Part shown: in pieces, positions 1-10,157 of the stretch | Numbering within the stretch: the stretch's first letter is position 1 | How the letters are laid out: the number at the start of each line of letters is the position of its first letter | Assembly (NCBI RefSeq): GCF_035084215.1 | Contig: NC_090337.1 | Span: 49,290,001 to 49,354,000 of the forward strand | Direction: 5' to 3' | Source: Heptranchias perlo | Taxonomy: Eukaryota | Length of the DNA: 64,000 bases | Notes under the pieces: model-generated | Seen by the model: only the letters and a program-made list of their open reading frames with translations | The model's database searches: none | Told to the model about the DNA's origin: nothing | Program-made: the position numbers and the translations under genes

Positions 1-262
1 GTGCCAGATAGATGGTAGTAAATGACATGATCACTTTGTGATGGGCCATAGTCACTAGAAGATAAATGATCATTGAGTTGATATTGCTGCCCCTCCTGCA
101 CTATCCATTTTTATATGCGCCAAAAGCAGGCAAAGAATTTACTTTGATCTATGAGTGCTTAGTTCCAATGTTGCTATTAAGAGGCTGGTCGTGAAGGTAT
201 GTTTAACTGCGAAACAAAAAAGGACCAAGGGTTAACTCATTTTTTCCCCACAACATTGCTCA

Positions 263-1330
263 TGTAACCATTCTATGATTCTAGCACAGAAGGAGGTCAT
301 TCGGCCCATCGAGCACATGCAGGCTCTTGAAAGAGCAATCCAGTTAGTCCCATTCCCCCACTCTTTCCCTGTGCAAATTTTTTCCCTTCAAGTATTTATC
401 CAATTCCTTTTTGAAAGCCACGATTGAATCTGCTTCCACCACCCTTTCAGGCAGTGCATTCCAGGTCTTAACTATTAGCTGCATAAAAAGTTTTTTCTCA
501 TGTCGCCTTTGGTTCTTTTGCCAATTACTTTAAATCTGTGTCCTCTGGTTCTCGACCCTCCTGCCAATGGGAACTGTTGCTCTTTACTTACTTTATCTAA
601 ACCCTTCATGATTTTGAACACTTGTATCAAATTTCTCTTAACCTCCTCTGCTCTAAGGAGAACAACCCCAGCCTCTCTAGTCTATCCACGTAACTGAAGT
701 CGCTCATCCCTGCAATCATGCTAGTAAATCTTTTCTGCACCCTCTAAGGCCTTCACATCCTTCCTGAAGTGTGGGGCCCACAATTGGACACAATACTCCA
801 GTTGTGGCCGAACCAGTGTTTTGTAAAGGTTCAATGTAACTTCCTTGCATTTGTACTCTATGCCTCTGTTTATAAAGCCCAGGATCCTGTATGTTTTTTT
901 AACCGCTTTCTCAACCTGTCCTGCCACCTTCAAAGATTTGTGCACATATACCCCCAGGTCTCTCTGTTTCTATACCCACTTTAGAATTGTACCATTTAGT
1001 TTATATTGCCTCTCCTCATTCTTCCTGCCAAAATGTATCATTTCGCACTTCTCTGCATTAAATTTCATCTGCCATGTGTCCGCCCATTCCACCAGCCTGT
1101 CTATATCCTCTTGAAGTCTATCACTATCCTCCTCACTGTTTACTTTATTTCCAAGTTTTGTGTCATCTGCAAATTTTGAAATTGTGCCCTGTACACCCAA
1201 GTCCAAGACATGAATATATATTTAAAAAAAGCAGTGGTCCTAGTATCGACCCCTGGGGAACACTGCTGTATACCTTCCTCCAGTCCGAAAAACAACCATT
1301 CACCATTAGTCTTTGTTTCCTGTCACACAG
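263..1330 (-). mobile_element. 5'-truncated CR1 LINE (RT C-terminal half plus 3' end), degraded
   Basis: Minus-strand ORFs 721-945, 970-1206 and 1163-1360 give CR1 RT motifs (VPQGSILGP, SKFADDTKL, LVRPQLEYCVQ). 3' end is gggccgaatgacctccttctgtgc with an (ATTCTATG)-type tail. Confidence 0.9.
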
Positions 1331-1429
1331 GCAATGGGGGTGAGAACAAAATATGCACATCCATTAAAATTAATATATGTATGTCCATGAGAGCAACATA
1401 TGTATGTTATGATAGTGAATTAAAACATT

Positions 1430-3073
1430 GGGCACTAAATTGGGCCACGTAGTGCCCATTTCTTTGGCGCTGCATGGCCTCTCCAACATCCAAGATGGCG
1501 TCTTGGCTGCACGGCACGTTTAGAGTGTGATGTGCGCCGGACGCCATCTTGGTATAGGAGTTAGCGCATGCGTAAATACCGAACGCCAGAAGCATATAAA
1601 GTAAGGAGAAAATAGAAACGATCAGTGTGCAACGCTGATTTAAAGTGATAGACACCATTTTGGGACTTAACGCTCAACTCAAAGCACAGTCTTTAACCCG
1701 ACCATCTGAATGTGTCACAGAGTGCCTGGAGGACCCCCACCAGCGCTATTTAAAAGGACTATGCAGGATTTACAGGTTAGTGGCTGGATTATTGCTTTTG
1801 GAGGTCTCCTGAATACTAGGACGAGGGGATATAGCCTAACATTTAGAGCCAGGGTGTGCAGGAGTGAAGTTAGGAAATGCTTCTACACGCAAAGAGTGGG
1901 AGAAGTTTGGAACGCTCTTCTGCAAATGGCAGTTGATGCTAGCTCAGTTGTGAATTCTAAATCTGAGTTTGATAGATTTCTGTGAACCAAGGGTATTAAG
2001 GGATATGTGGCTAAGGTGGGTATATGGAGTTAGATCACAGATGCGCCATGATCTCATTGAATGACGGAACAGGCTCAAGGGGCTAAATGCCACTGCCACT
2101 CACTGCCTCCTGATATGCGCCACCTCCTGCAAGAAAGCGGGACGCGTGTCTGGATGATGTGCCTGTCATGATTGAATAGTGGGAGCGGCCTATGAGATGT
2201 GGGTGCGCAGCTTGCAACAATGGTAATGTGTAATGGTGAGAGGAAGCATCTGATTGGCAGAGTTGAGTACTGATGGAAAGAGCTTATTGGTATGTGGGTG
2301 TTGGAGGGTGTAGTGCTTAGAGTAGTGGTGCAGTTGGTAGGAGATGCCGCTTGACAGTTGACCTCACTCACCTTGACCACTCATGTCTCAGCATCGAACT
2401 TCTTCCTGCAATGCATTCATGTTCATGATGCTGTGCGCCTGGCATTCACCTCGTCCCCCGCTGCCTCCCACTGCCTTTTGGGTATATGTCTGGAGGGCCG
2501 CTTCCAGCCCCTCCCACCCCCTGCGGATATAGGATGTCCCTCCTTCTGTCCACCTCTTGCACCAAGGCCTGTAGTGCATCAGCAGAGAACCTTGGTGCAC
2601 GCTCTCTCGCAGGCCTGGTACAAACTCAGATCGGTAGATTGGTGAGGTCTGGCATGTAGATTGGAGGATGTGGGATTTAGTAGTGTGCAACCTTTATTCA
2701 ATGTTAAAACATAACTCATCAGTTTGTAAACATAGGGATGGGAACAGCATCTGTGTTTTGCATGTGCAATGTCTGATCTCCATTCAGACATTGTACAGAC
2801 AGCAGACTGTTATTTTCAGCAAATAACAGGTACCAGCTACCTTTAAGAGATTTTTAAGAGACAGCCTGCCTTTAAGAGATTGAGGCTCCCCCTGTTGGTG
2901 GAAAGTGAGAATTGCATTGAATCCTCGTGTCAACACTGATTTGCAATGCTGCTTGAAGGTAAGTCCTCAGGCCTGACGAAAGTCTCGTCCGGCCTGCACA
3001 GGGGCCATTGGGCATGGGATAATAGAGCATCGCGCTACCCTGCCTAATAATAGGCCTTATCCAACTTTCCCCC
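1430..3073. mobile_element. Non-autonomous PIF/Harbinger-type element, family A copy 1
   Basis: Imperfect TIRs gggcactaaattgg / ccaactttccccc, flanked by ATT at 1427-1429 and 3074-3076. Contains a Myb/SANT-like remnant (- strand, ~2370-2620, RERAPRFSADAL...W...RKKF). A second copy lies at 25078-27846 in the opposite orientation. Confidence 0.8.
1812..2090 (+). mobile_element. CR1 3'-end fragment embedded in Harbinger family A
   Basis: ORF 1710-1985 ends TRTRGYSLTFRARVCRSEVRKCFYTQRVGEVWNAL (CR1 ORF2 C-terminus). Similar to the free CR1 at 36543-37262. Confidence 0.8.
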
Positions 3074-4333
3074 ATTGTTTGTAATGTTTGATTAAATAAA
3101 TATTCAAAGTCCAAATTTCTAAACCAGAGTGATTTTGTTTGTTTGAGTGGTGCAGGATGCTGTCACCTCGGGACCTGGATTTTTTAAAATCTAGATCTGA
3201 TAAATGTGTTGAAAGTCTTACCTTTGGCTGTAAAGATACTTCGGAAATGAATATGAACAAGCCCATGCCAGTTCCGAAAGGGAACAAGTGCACAGTACAG
3301 AACTAGCCACAGGTTGACACTAAATTTGCAATTTCATTTGGAGGTCAGTGGCTGTTGTGAGAAATGGAGATACTACAATATTGCAGTACATATTTTCTAA
3401 GGCTGAAGTTGAGGCACGTATTGAGAATATGGGACTTCTAACTTGGTCACATCTACGGATCAATGAGGAAAGTTTCTTACGATTTCTTCTGTAATTTTTT
3501 GTTTCAGTTTATGCCAAATTACAAGAATTAAACAAAATAAGATACGATTTGATTTAAAAGAACAAGACAATGGGCATTCCAAGTTACGTACAAATGACAA
3601 GTGTAACATCAAAATTCCAGTTGTAGAGGTGTGCAAACCCACAAAGGTGTTGGTAAACTCCACAAGTCTCAAGTCCAAAATCATTGCAAAATTCATGCAT
3701 TCTTAGAACACCAAGATAGGTTCTATTCTTGCTTTCCATCCTGTGATATTAAATTACATTTTTCCACTGATTTAATGGAAACAAAAGAGAAGTAAAATGA
3801 TTGTGATGGGGTTTACAAAATCTGAAGCTGTACCAACAAGGAATAACAGTTAGGTTTCCTCTTTTTCTTCCTCCTCCTCTCTCTACTGCATTACCCTTGT
3901 CCACTCTTTCTGTTACTTCTTCTAAATAAGTAGAAATCAAAAAAACAATTAGGAAGGCAAAGAGGAGCTATGAGATTAAATTATCAAGCAATATACAAAG
4001 AAGTAGTAAAGTATTCTACAGACACATAAATAACAAAAGAAAAATCAGAATAGGAGTAGGGCCACTAAGAGATGCACAAGATAAACTCACAGGTAATGAC
4101 AGCGAATGGCAGAAATATTGAATAGTTACTTTGCCTCCATTTTTATCTGGGAGACTGACAAGGTGGGCAGGACACTAGAAGAAGAGATTGCAAAAGATAT
4201 TCAAACATTTAAGATAGAAAGGAGGGAGATAATTAAGAAACATATCAAACTTAGGGAGGATAAGATCCCTGGTCTGGATGGATTGCATCCAAGAATATTA
4301 AAAGAAGTTAGGGAGGAGATGGCAGAGGCACTA

Positions 4334-5960
4334 CATAAGAACATAAGAAATAGGAGCAGGAGTAGGCCAATCGGCCCCTCGAGCCTGCTCCACCATTCAA
4401 TAAGATCATGGCTGATCTGGTCCTAACCTCAAATCTAAAATCATGTCCAATTTCCTGCCCGCTCCCCGTAAACCCTAATTCCCTTTACTTCTAGGAAACT
4501 GTCTATTTCTGTTTTAAATTTATTTAATGATGTAGCTTCCACAGCTTCCTGGGGCAGCAAATTCCACAGACCTACCACCCTCTGAGTGAAGAAGTTTCTC
4601 CTCATCTCAGTTTTGAAAGAGCAGCCCCTTATCCTAAGATTATGCCCCCTTGTTCTAGTTTCACCCATCCTTGGGAACATCCTTACCGCATCCACCCGAT
4701 CAAGCCCCTTCACAATCTTATATGTTTCAATAAGATCGCCTCTCATTCTTCTGAACTCCAATGAGTAGAGTCCCAATCTACTCAACCTCTCCTCATATGT
4801 CCGCCCCCTCATCCCCGGGATTAACCGAGTGAACCTTCTTTGTACTGCCTCGAGAGCAAGTATGTCTTTTCTTAAGGATGGACACCAAAACTGTATGCAG
4901 TATTCCAGGTGCGGTCTCACTAATACCTTATATAACTGCAGCAATACCTCCCTGTTTTTATATTCTATCCCCCTAGCAATAAAAGCCAACATTCCGTTGG
5001 CCTTCTTGATCACCTGCTGCACCTGCATACTAACTTTTTGATCTTCTTGCACTCGGACCCCCAGATCCCTTTGTACTGCAGTACTTTCCAGTTTCTTGCC
5101 ATTGAGATAATAACTTGCTCTCCGATTTTTCCTGCCAAAGTGCATAACCTCACATTTTCCAACATTGTATTGCATCTGCCAAATCTCCGCCCACTCACCC
5201 AGCCTGTCTATATCCCCTTGTAGGTTTTTTATGTCCTCCTCACTCTCTACTTTCCCTCCCATCTTTGTATCATCTGCAAACTTTGATATGTTACACTCGG
5301 TCCCCTCCTCCAAATCGTTAATATAGATTGTAAAGAGTTGGGGACCCAGCACCGACCCCTGTGGAACACCACTGGCTACTGGTTGCCAGTCCGAGAATGA
5401 ACCATTTATCCCAACTCTCTGCTTCCTGTTAGATAACCAATCCTCCACCCATGCCAGAATATTACCCCCAATCCAGTGATTCTTTATCTTGAGCAATAAT
5501 CTTTTATGTGGCACCTTGTCAAATGCCTTCTGGAAGTCTAAATACACTACATCCACTGGTTCCCCTTTATCCACTCTGTACGTTATATCCTCAAAGAACT
5601 CGAGCAAATTTGTCAGACATGACTTCCCCTTCGTAAAGCCATGCTGACTTTGTCCTATTAAATTATGTTTATCCAAATGTTCCGCTACTGTCTCCTTAAT
5701 AATAGACTCCAAAATTTTACCCACCACAGATGTTAGGCTAACTGGTCTATAATTTCCAGCCTTCTGCCTACTACCCTTTTTAAATAAGGGTGTTACATTA
5801 GCAGTTTTCCAATCTGCCGGGACCTTTGCCGAGTCCAGAGAATTTTGGAAAATTATTACCAAAGCATCCACAATCCCTACTGCCACTTCCCTCAAGACCC
5901 TGGGATGTAAGCCATCAGGTCCAGGGGATTTATCCACCTTGAGTCCCATTAATTTACTGA
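4334..5960 (-). mobile_element. Young 5'-truncated CR1 LINE inserted antisense into the older CR1
   Basis: Tail (acataaga)2 at ~4333-4348. Apparent TSD GCACTA at 4328-4333 and 5961-5966. Confidence 0.9.
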
Positions 5961-5964
5961 GCAC
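4441..5964 (-). CDS. CR1 ORF2 reverse transcriptase domain plus C-terminus, uninterrupted 507 codons (5'-truncated, no endonuclease)
   Basis: KSPGPDGLHPRVL, NYRPVSLTS, YLDFQKAFDKV, GVPQGSVLGP, KFADDTK and LVRPHLEYC with no stops or frameshifts. Confidence 0.85.
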   Translation of the reverse strand: MLSKLMGLKVDKSPGPDGLHPRVLREVAVGIVDALVIIFQNSLDSAKVPADWKTANVTPLFKKGSRQKAGNYRPVSLTSVVGKILESIIKETVAEHLDKHNLIGQSQHGFTKGKSCLTNLLEFFEDITYRVDKGEPVDVVYLDFQKAFDKVPHKRLLLKIKNHWIGGNILAWVEDWLSNRKQRVGINGSFSDWQPVASGVPQGSVLGPQLFTIYINDLEEGTECNISKFADDTKMGGKVESEEDIKNLQGDIDRLGEWAEIWQMQYNVGKCEVMHFGRKNRRASYYLNGKKLESTAVQRDLGVRVQEDQKVSMQVQQVIKKANGMLAFIARGIEYKNREVLLQLYKVLVRPHLEYCIQFWCPSLRKDILALEAVQRRFTRLIPGMRGRTYEERLSRLGLYSLEFRRMRGDLIETYKIVKGLDRVDAVRMFPRMGETRTRGHNLRIRGCSFKTEMRRNFFTQRVVGLWNLLPQEAVEATSLNKFKTEIDSFLEVKGIRVYGERAGNWT

Positions 5965-5992
5965 TAGTATGTATATACCACAGGCACTCCCA

Positions 5993-6405
5993 TGGGTACA
6001 ATAGCATAGTGGTTATGTTACTTAACTAGTAATCCAGAGGCCTGGACTAAAGAATATTGGAGTCATGAATTCAATTAATTAAATAAAAATCTGGAATTAA
6101 AAAAAACTAGTATCAGTAATGGTGGCCATGAAACTACTGGATTGTTGTAAAAACCCATCTAGTTCACTAATGTCCTTTTAGGGAAGGAAACCTGCCATCC
6201 TTACCCAGTTAGGCCTATATGTGTATGGTGTTTTGGCGTTGTTCTCACCCTATTGATCGGTGCAGATATCTGGTCCCCGGTCTAGCCAAGGAACACTTAT
6301 ACCTCACGGATCGGGGGTTCAGGAAAATGGGACTTACGCTAACGTACCCAGTGATGGATCACGTAGCCGAATAGCACAGATCCCATGAACGAATTTTTTA
6401 AAAAT
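5993..6405 (+). mobile_element. tRNA-derived SINE sharing its 3' tail with the poly(A)-tailed LINE family; body replaced by a foreign segment
   Basis: A-box-like tagcatagtgg at ~6002. Shark-SINE-like core gttcactaatgtccttttagggaaggaaacctgcc. Tail atcccatgaacgaat matches LINE ends at ~26573-26587 and ~46146-46160. Confidence 0.7.
6225..6374 (+). other. Unexplained 150-nt segment forming a 49-codon ORF (MVFWRCSHPIDRCRYLVPGLAKEHLYLTDRGFRKMGLTLTYPVMDHVAE*); in-frame upstream ATG at 6219
   Basis: ATG 6225 to TAG 6372-6374 is open. Nine CpGs in 150 nt. No resemblance seen to the flanking SINE or any other repeat in the window. Coding function is unsupported. Confidence 0.35.
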
Positions 6406-7149
6406 TCATTAGAAAAGAGAATAGTGCTCGAGGAATGGCACACAGCTAATGTTATGCCTGTATTTAAAAAGAAAGATAGAACAAGTCCAGGGAAGTGTGG
6501 ACCAGTTAGCTTAACGTTGGTGGTAGGAAAGATAATGGAATCTTTACTTAAAGATGTAATAGAAAAACATCTAGAGAACGAAAATAGAATAAAGAATAGT
6601 CAGCACGGATTTCAAAAGGAAAGTCGTGCTTGACCAACCTGATTGCATTCTTTGAAGAAGTAACAGAAAGAGTAGACAAGGGTAATGCAGTAGATGTAAT
6701 GTATTTGGATTTTCAAAAGGCCTTTGATAAGGTACTGTATTGTAGACTCATAGCTAAGGTCAGAGTATGTGGAGTCAGGGGACAGGTAGCAGAATGGATA
6801 GCAAGCTGGCTACGAAACAGAAAACAGCAAGCAGGGGTTAAGGATAGCTACTCAGACTGGTAAAAGGTGGGAAGTGGTGTTCCACAGGGATCGGTGCTGG
6901 GATCTTTGTTGTTCACAATTTACATTAACGGTTTGGACTCGAGAATCAGAAGTACAATTCCAAAATTTGTGGACGACACCAAGTTGCAGGGTATAGTTCA
7001 TGCAAAGGAAGAATGTGTCAAAATGCAAGAGGACATTAATAAACTTGCAGAATGGGTGTGCATTTGGCAAATGAATTTCATTTAGATAAGTGTGAGGTGG
7101 TGCATTTTGGTAGGAAGAATAAGGAGGTCACATACTGCTTGGATAATAA

Positions 7150-7391
7150 GGAGGTGATTTTAAACTCCAAGAACGGGTGGGTTGGGGGCGGATGGGAGTT
7201 GAAAATAGTTGTTTTTTGGTCGCGACTGTAACCCGGCTTTATTTCCGGGTTTAACGTCGACGCATAAAAGTCCAGGCTTCCCACTGGGAATGCAAAGTCC
7301 GAAAACTTTGCAGTTGCAACCCAAAAAAACAACTATTTTCAACTCCCACCCGCCCCCATCCCATTCGTTCTTGGGGTTTAAAATCACCCCC
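7150..7391. mobile_element. Harbinger-type MITE with long TIRs inserted in CR1
   Basis: ggaggtgattttaaactccaagaacgggtggg...gttgaaaatagttgttttttgg at the left mirrors ccaaaaaaacaactattttcaac...ttcttggggtttaaaatcaccccc at the right (~70-bp imperfect TIR). Flanks are taa / aaa. Confidence 0.85.
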
Positions 7392-8119
7392 AAAGAGTTT
7401 AAACAGGATAGAGGGGCAAAGGGATCTAGGGGTAGTGATACACAAATCACTAATAGTAGCAATGCAGGTTAATAAGGCCATGAGAAAGGCAAATCAGGCA
7501 CCAGGGTTCATTTCTAAAGGGATAGAATTGAAAAGCAAAGAAGTTATGTTAAACTTGTATAGAACCTTGGTTAGGCCACACTTGGAGTATTGTGAAAAGT
7601 TCTGATCTGCATATTATTGAAAGGATATAAAGGCATTAGGAAGGGTGCAAAAAAGATTCACAAGGATGATACCAGAACTGAGAAGATATCCTCATCAGGA
7701 AAGGCTAAACAGGTTGGGGCTCTCTTCGCTAGAAAAGAGAAGGCTGAGGGGTGACTTGATAGAGGTCTTTAAGATAATGATAGGATTTGATAGGCTAGAC
7801 GTAGAGAAAATGTGCAGGAGTCCAAAACTAGAGGTCGTAAATATTAAATAGTGGCTAATAAATCCAATAGGGAATTTAGGAGAAACTCCTTCACCAAAGA
7901 GTGGTACGCATGTGGAACATGCTACCACAAGGAGTAGTTGACGCAAAATAGACACATTTAAAGGGAAGATAGATAAGCACATGAGGGAGAAAGGAATAGA
8001 AGGGTATCCTGATAAGGTTAGATGAAGGGAGGAAGGAGGCTCATGTGGAGCATAAACGCTGACGCAGACCAGATGGGCCGAATGGCCTGTTTCTGTGCAG
8101 TAGTTTCAATGTAACTCTC

Positions 8120-8480
8120 TCCTGGGGGTGCTGGCTTCATGCTGAGGTAAAGTTGCACAGTTACCAGAATCTAGCCAACAATGACCATTGTTCATGTATG
8201 AGCCCAGACAGGGGAATGCAGCCTGGCTATTTGATTGTAGGGAGCATCACAACTGAGCTTAACCATCTCCTCATTCAGCATTCACGCATGTGTACTTCTA
8301 CCAGGAGTTACTGGATTGTGATCAGGTGTGCAAGCCTTGGCTGATTGATTTATTTTTTGTTCCCTCCATACCCCAGAGGTGTTAAGGCCAGTTGTAATGT
8401 CCCCTATTGCCCTGACCATTATCAATCAATTCAGCACAGATCATATATCGACTTGCACCTTGCTTGTCTGTATTGCTTTG
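8120..8480 (-). mobile_element. Old AmnSINE2-like SINE
   Basis: Reverse-complement motifs ccattgttcatg, ggctatttga, ctggattgtgatca, ggctgatt and ggccagttgta, shared with other copies in the window. Family name is from recall. Confidence 0.55.
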
Positions 8481-10157
8481 TCGTCAAACAAGGTTGTGGG
8501 TTTACTCACTGAACATACAGGGAGCATGCAACCCAAATTTCTTGGCAGCATTCCATTCTGTTCTCTGGAGGAAAGCTGGCATTGAGCAGAAATGGCTACA
8601 TTTGCTGGGAAGTGAAAAGCTGCTGTTCATTTCTGAGTCTGTGCTGGTGTAGGAAGCCCGGCAAAACAGAAATTATTGTACATACTGATGGATTGGTTTG
8701 CCCAGGGCCGTTGGTTTATGGCGATGAAATAAATCAAATTCTGTTTTTATTACATGAGATTGCAGGATTTTCACTTGATGTCTGGTGATCGTATTGCACA
8801 ATCTCATCCATTTAGAATTAAACCCACTGGTTTATGGTGACTGAATAATTCACATCGCATTTTAATTACATGAGATTCTAGTATTTTGACCCAGTGTTAG
8901 ATTCTGCATTCTGTCCGTTTTCTTTTATGGAAACTGCTCACAGGAGTTTTTGGTTCCTGCCACATTTGAGGTGTAATTTGTACACTGAAGACATTTGTAC
9001 TGTGGAATGAGCTGACTGCTAAAATTATGGAGTACCAGTAGTTACTAATTTATATCTTTTTGTGCAGCGGTTTGGCTGACAGCACTCAGAGGAGAGAGGA
9101 TTATATAAAGAAAGGTCACTAAACAAATTAAGGAAAGGCCAACATTCTGAGCTTAAAGCCAAAAAAAACCTTTTTTAAACATGTAGAAATATATACCTGT
9201 GCCTTAACTAGAAGAATGGTGCACACAGACCCATGAGGAAATATCGAAAAACATTGGCCCAGAAATTGCTTCTAAAATAACGGTGAGCTCAACAGCACTC
9301 ACCATTATTTCGTGGCGAAATTGCAGAGCGAGTTCCAGTGTCCGCACATGCACAGTTAAATGTGGAAATCCGGAACTTGCTCTTCCTGGTTTGCCGGCGA
9401 TATGACAGACTCGTGTTAAAGGTACCTCGCCAGCTGGAATCACTGGAATCAATGGACTAGCACCAACTTGCTCTCCTGCCTATCTGGAAACGAAGTAATA
9501 CCGCCACAAAAAAGGTACACTCAAAAATATCAGCTCTAAGCTAAGATTTAAAGGCACGATAAGTCTTAATGACTGCCAAATAACCTGTAGTCTCATTAAT
9601 TGTGATTTTAAGAGTCGTTGGACATTTGTTAATAGAACAATTTTTTTTTTACTTTTTGTCTTTTTAATCTCTATCTTTTAATTTGATATTTCTAACCCTC
9701 TCTTTATTTCGTTGTCTCTAACTATTTTTACAAGGTTTTTAATTTTTACCTTTCACTTCCTGGTTTTGACTCACTGGGACCGATTCTCGGATGGCGGAGC
9801 GGGTGCTCCTAAAATGGCGGAATCCCGGAGCGGGTTCAGAGCCTGGCTCTAACCCGCTGACGTCCGGGTTCCCCAGTGATGTGTTCTGGTGCATTCTCAT
9901 CTCCCAAATGCGGGACTCCCACCGGCAATTAAAGCCGGCGGGATGCTGCTTTACATAGTTAGACAGATAGTTGAAGTACTTGAGAGACCTCATTGAGTGG
10001 AGATTTTGGTAGGGGTGCAATTTTGAAGGATCCTCTGCGTGTTTACCATGCTGTGGGGAACACTCCCTGTTTCTGCCAGCAGCCAGTGGGAGATAACCTC
10101 ATTTATTGCAGCAGGGCACTCTGTCACTTCAGACAAAGTTTTGGCTGCAAAACCTTT

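Larger units (their letters stand above)
3926..8110 (+). mobile_element. Older CR1 LINE ORF2 (pieces ~3926-4333, ~6400-7149, ~7392-8110) interrupted by a younger CR1, a SINE and a MITE
   Basis: ORFs 4106-4426, 6385-6633, 6630-6863, 6867-7085 and 7645-7851 form a colinear RT (PGLDGLHPRILKE, YLDFQKAFDKV, GVPQGSVLG). 3' end gggccgaatggcctgtttctgtgc near 8075-8100. Confidence 0.9.

Noticed and set aside
6361-6369. 9-bp match (acgtagccg) between the 6225 segment and the reverse complement at ~59940
   Set aside because: Too short to exceed chance expectation.
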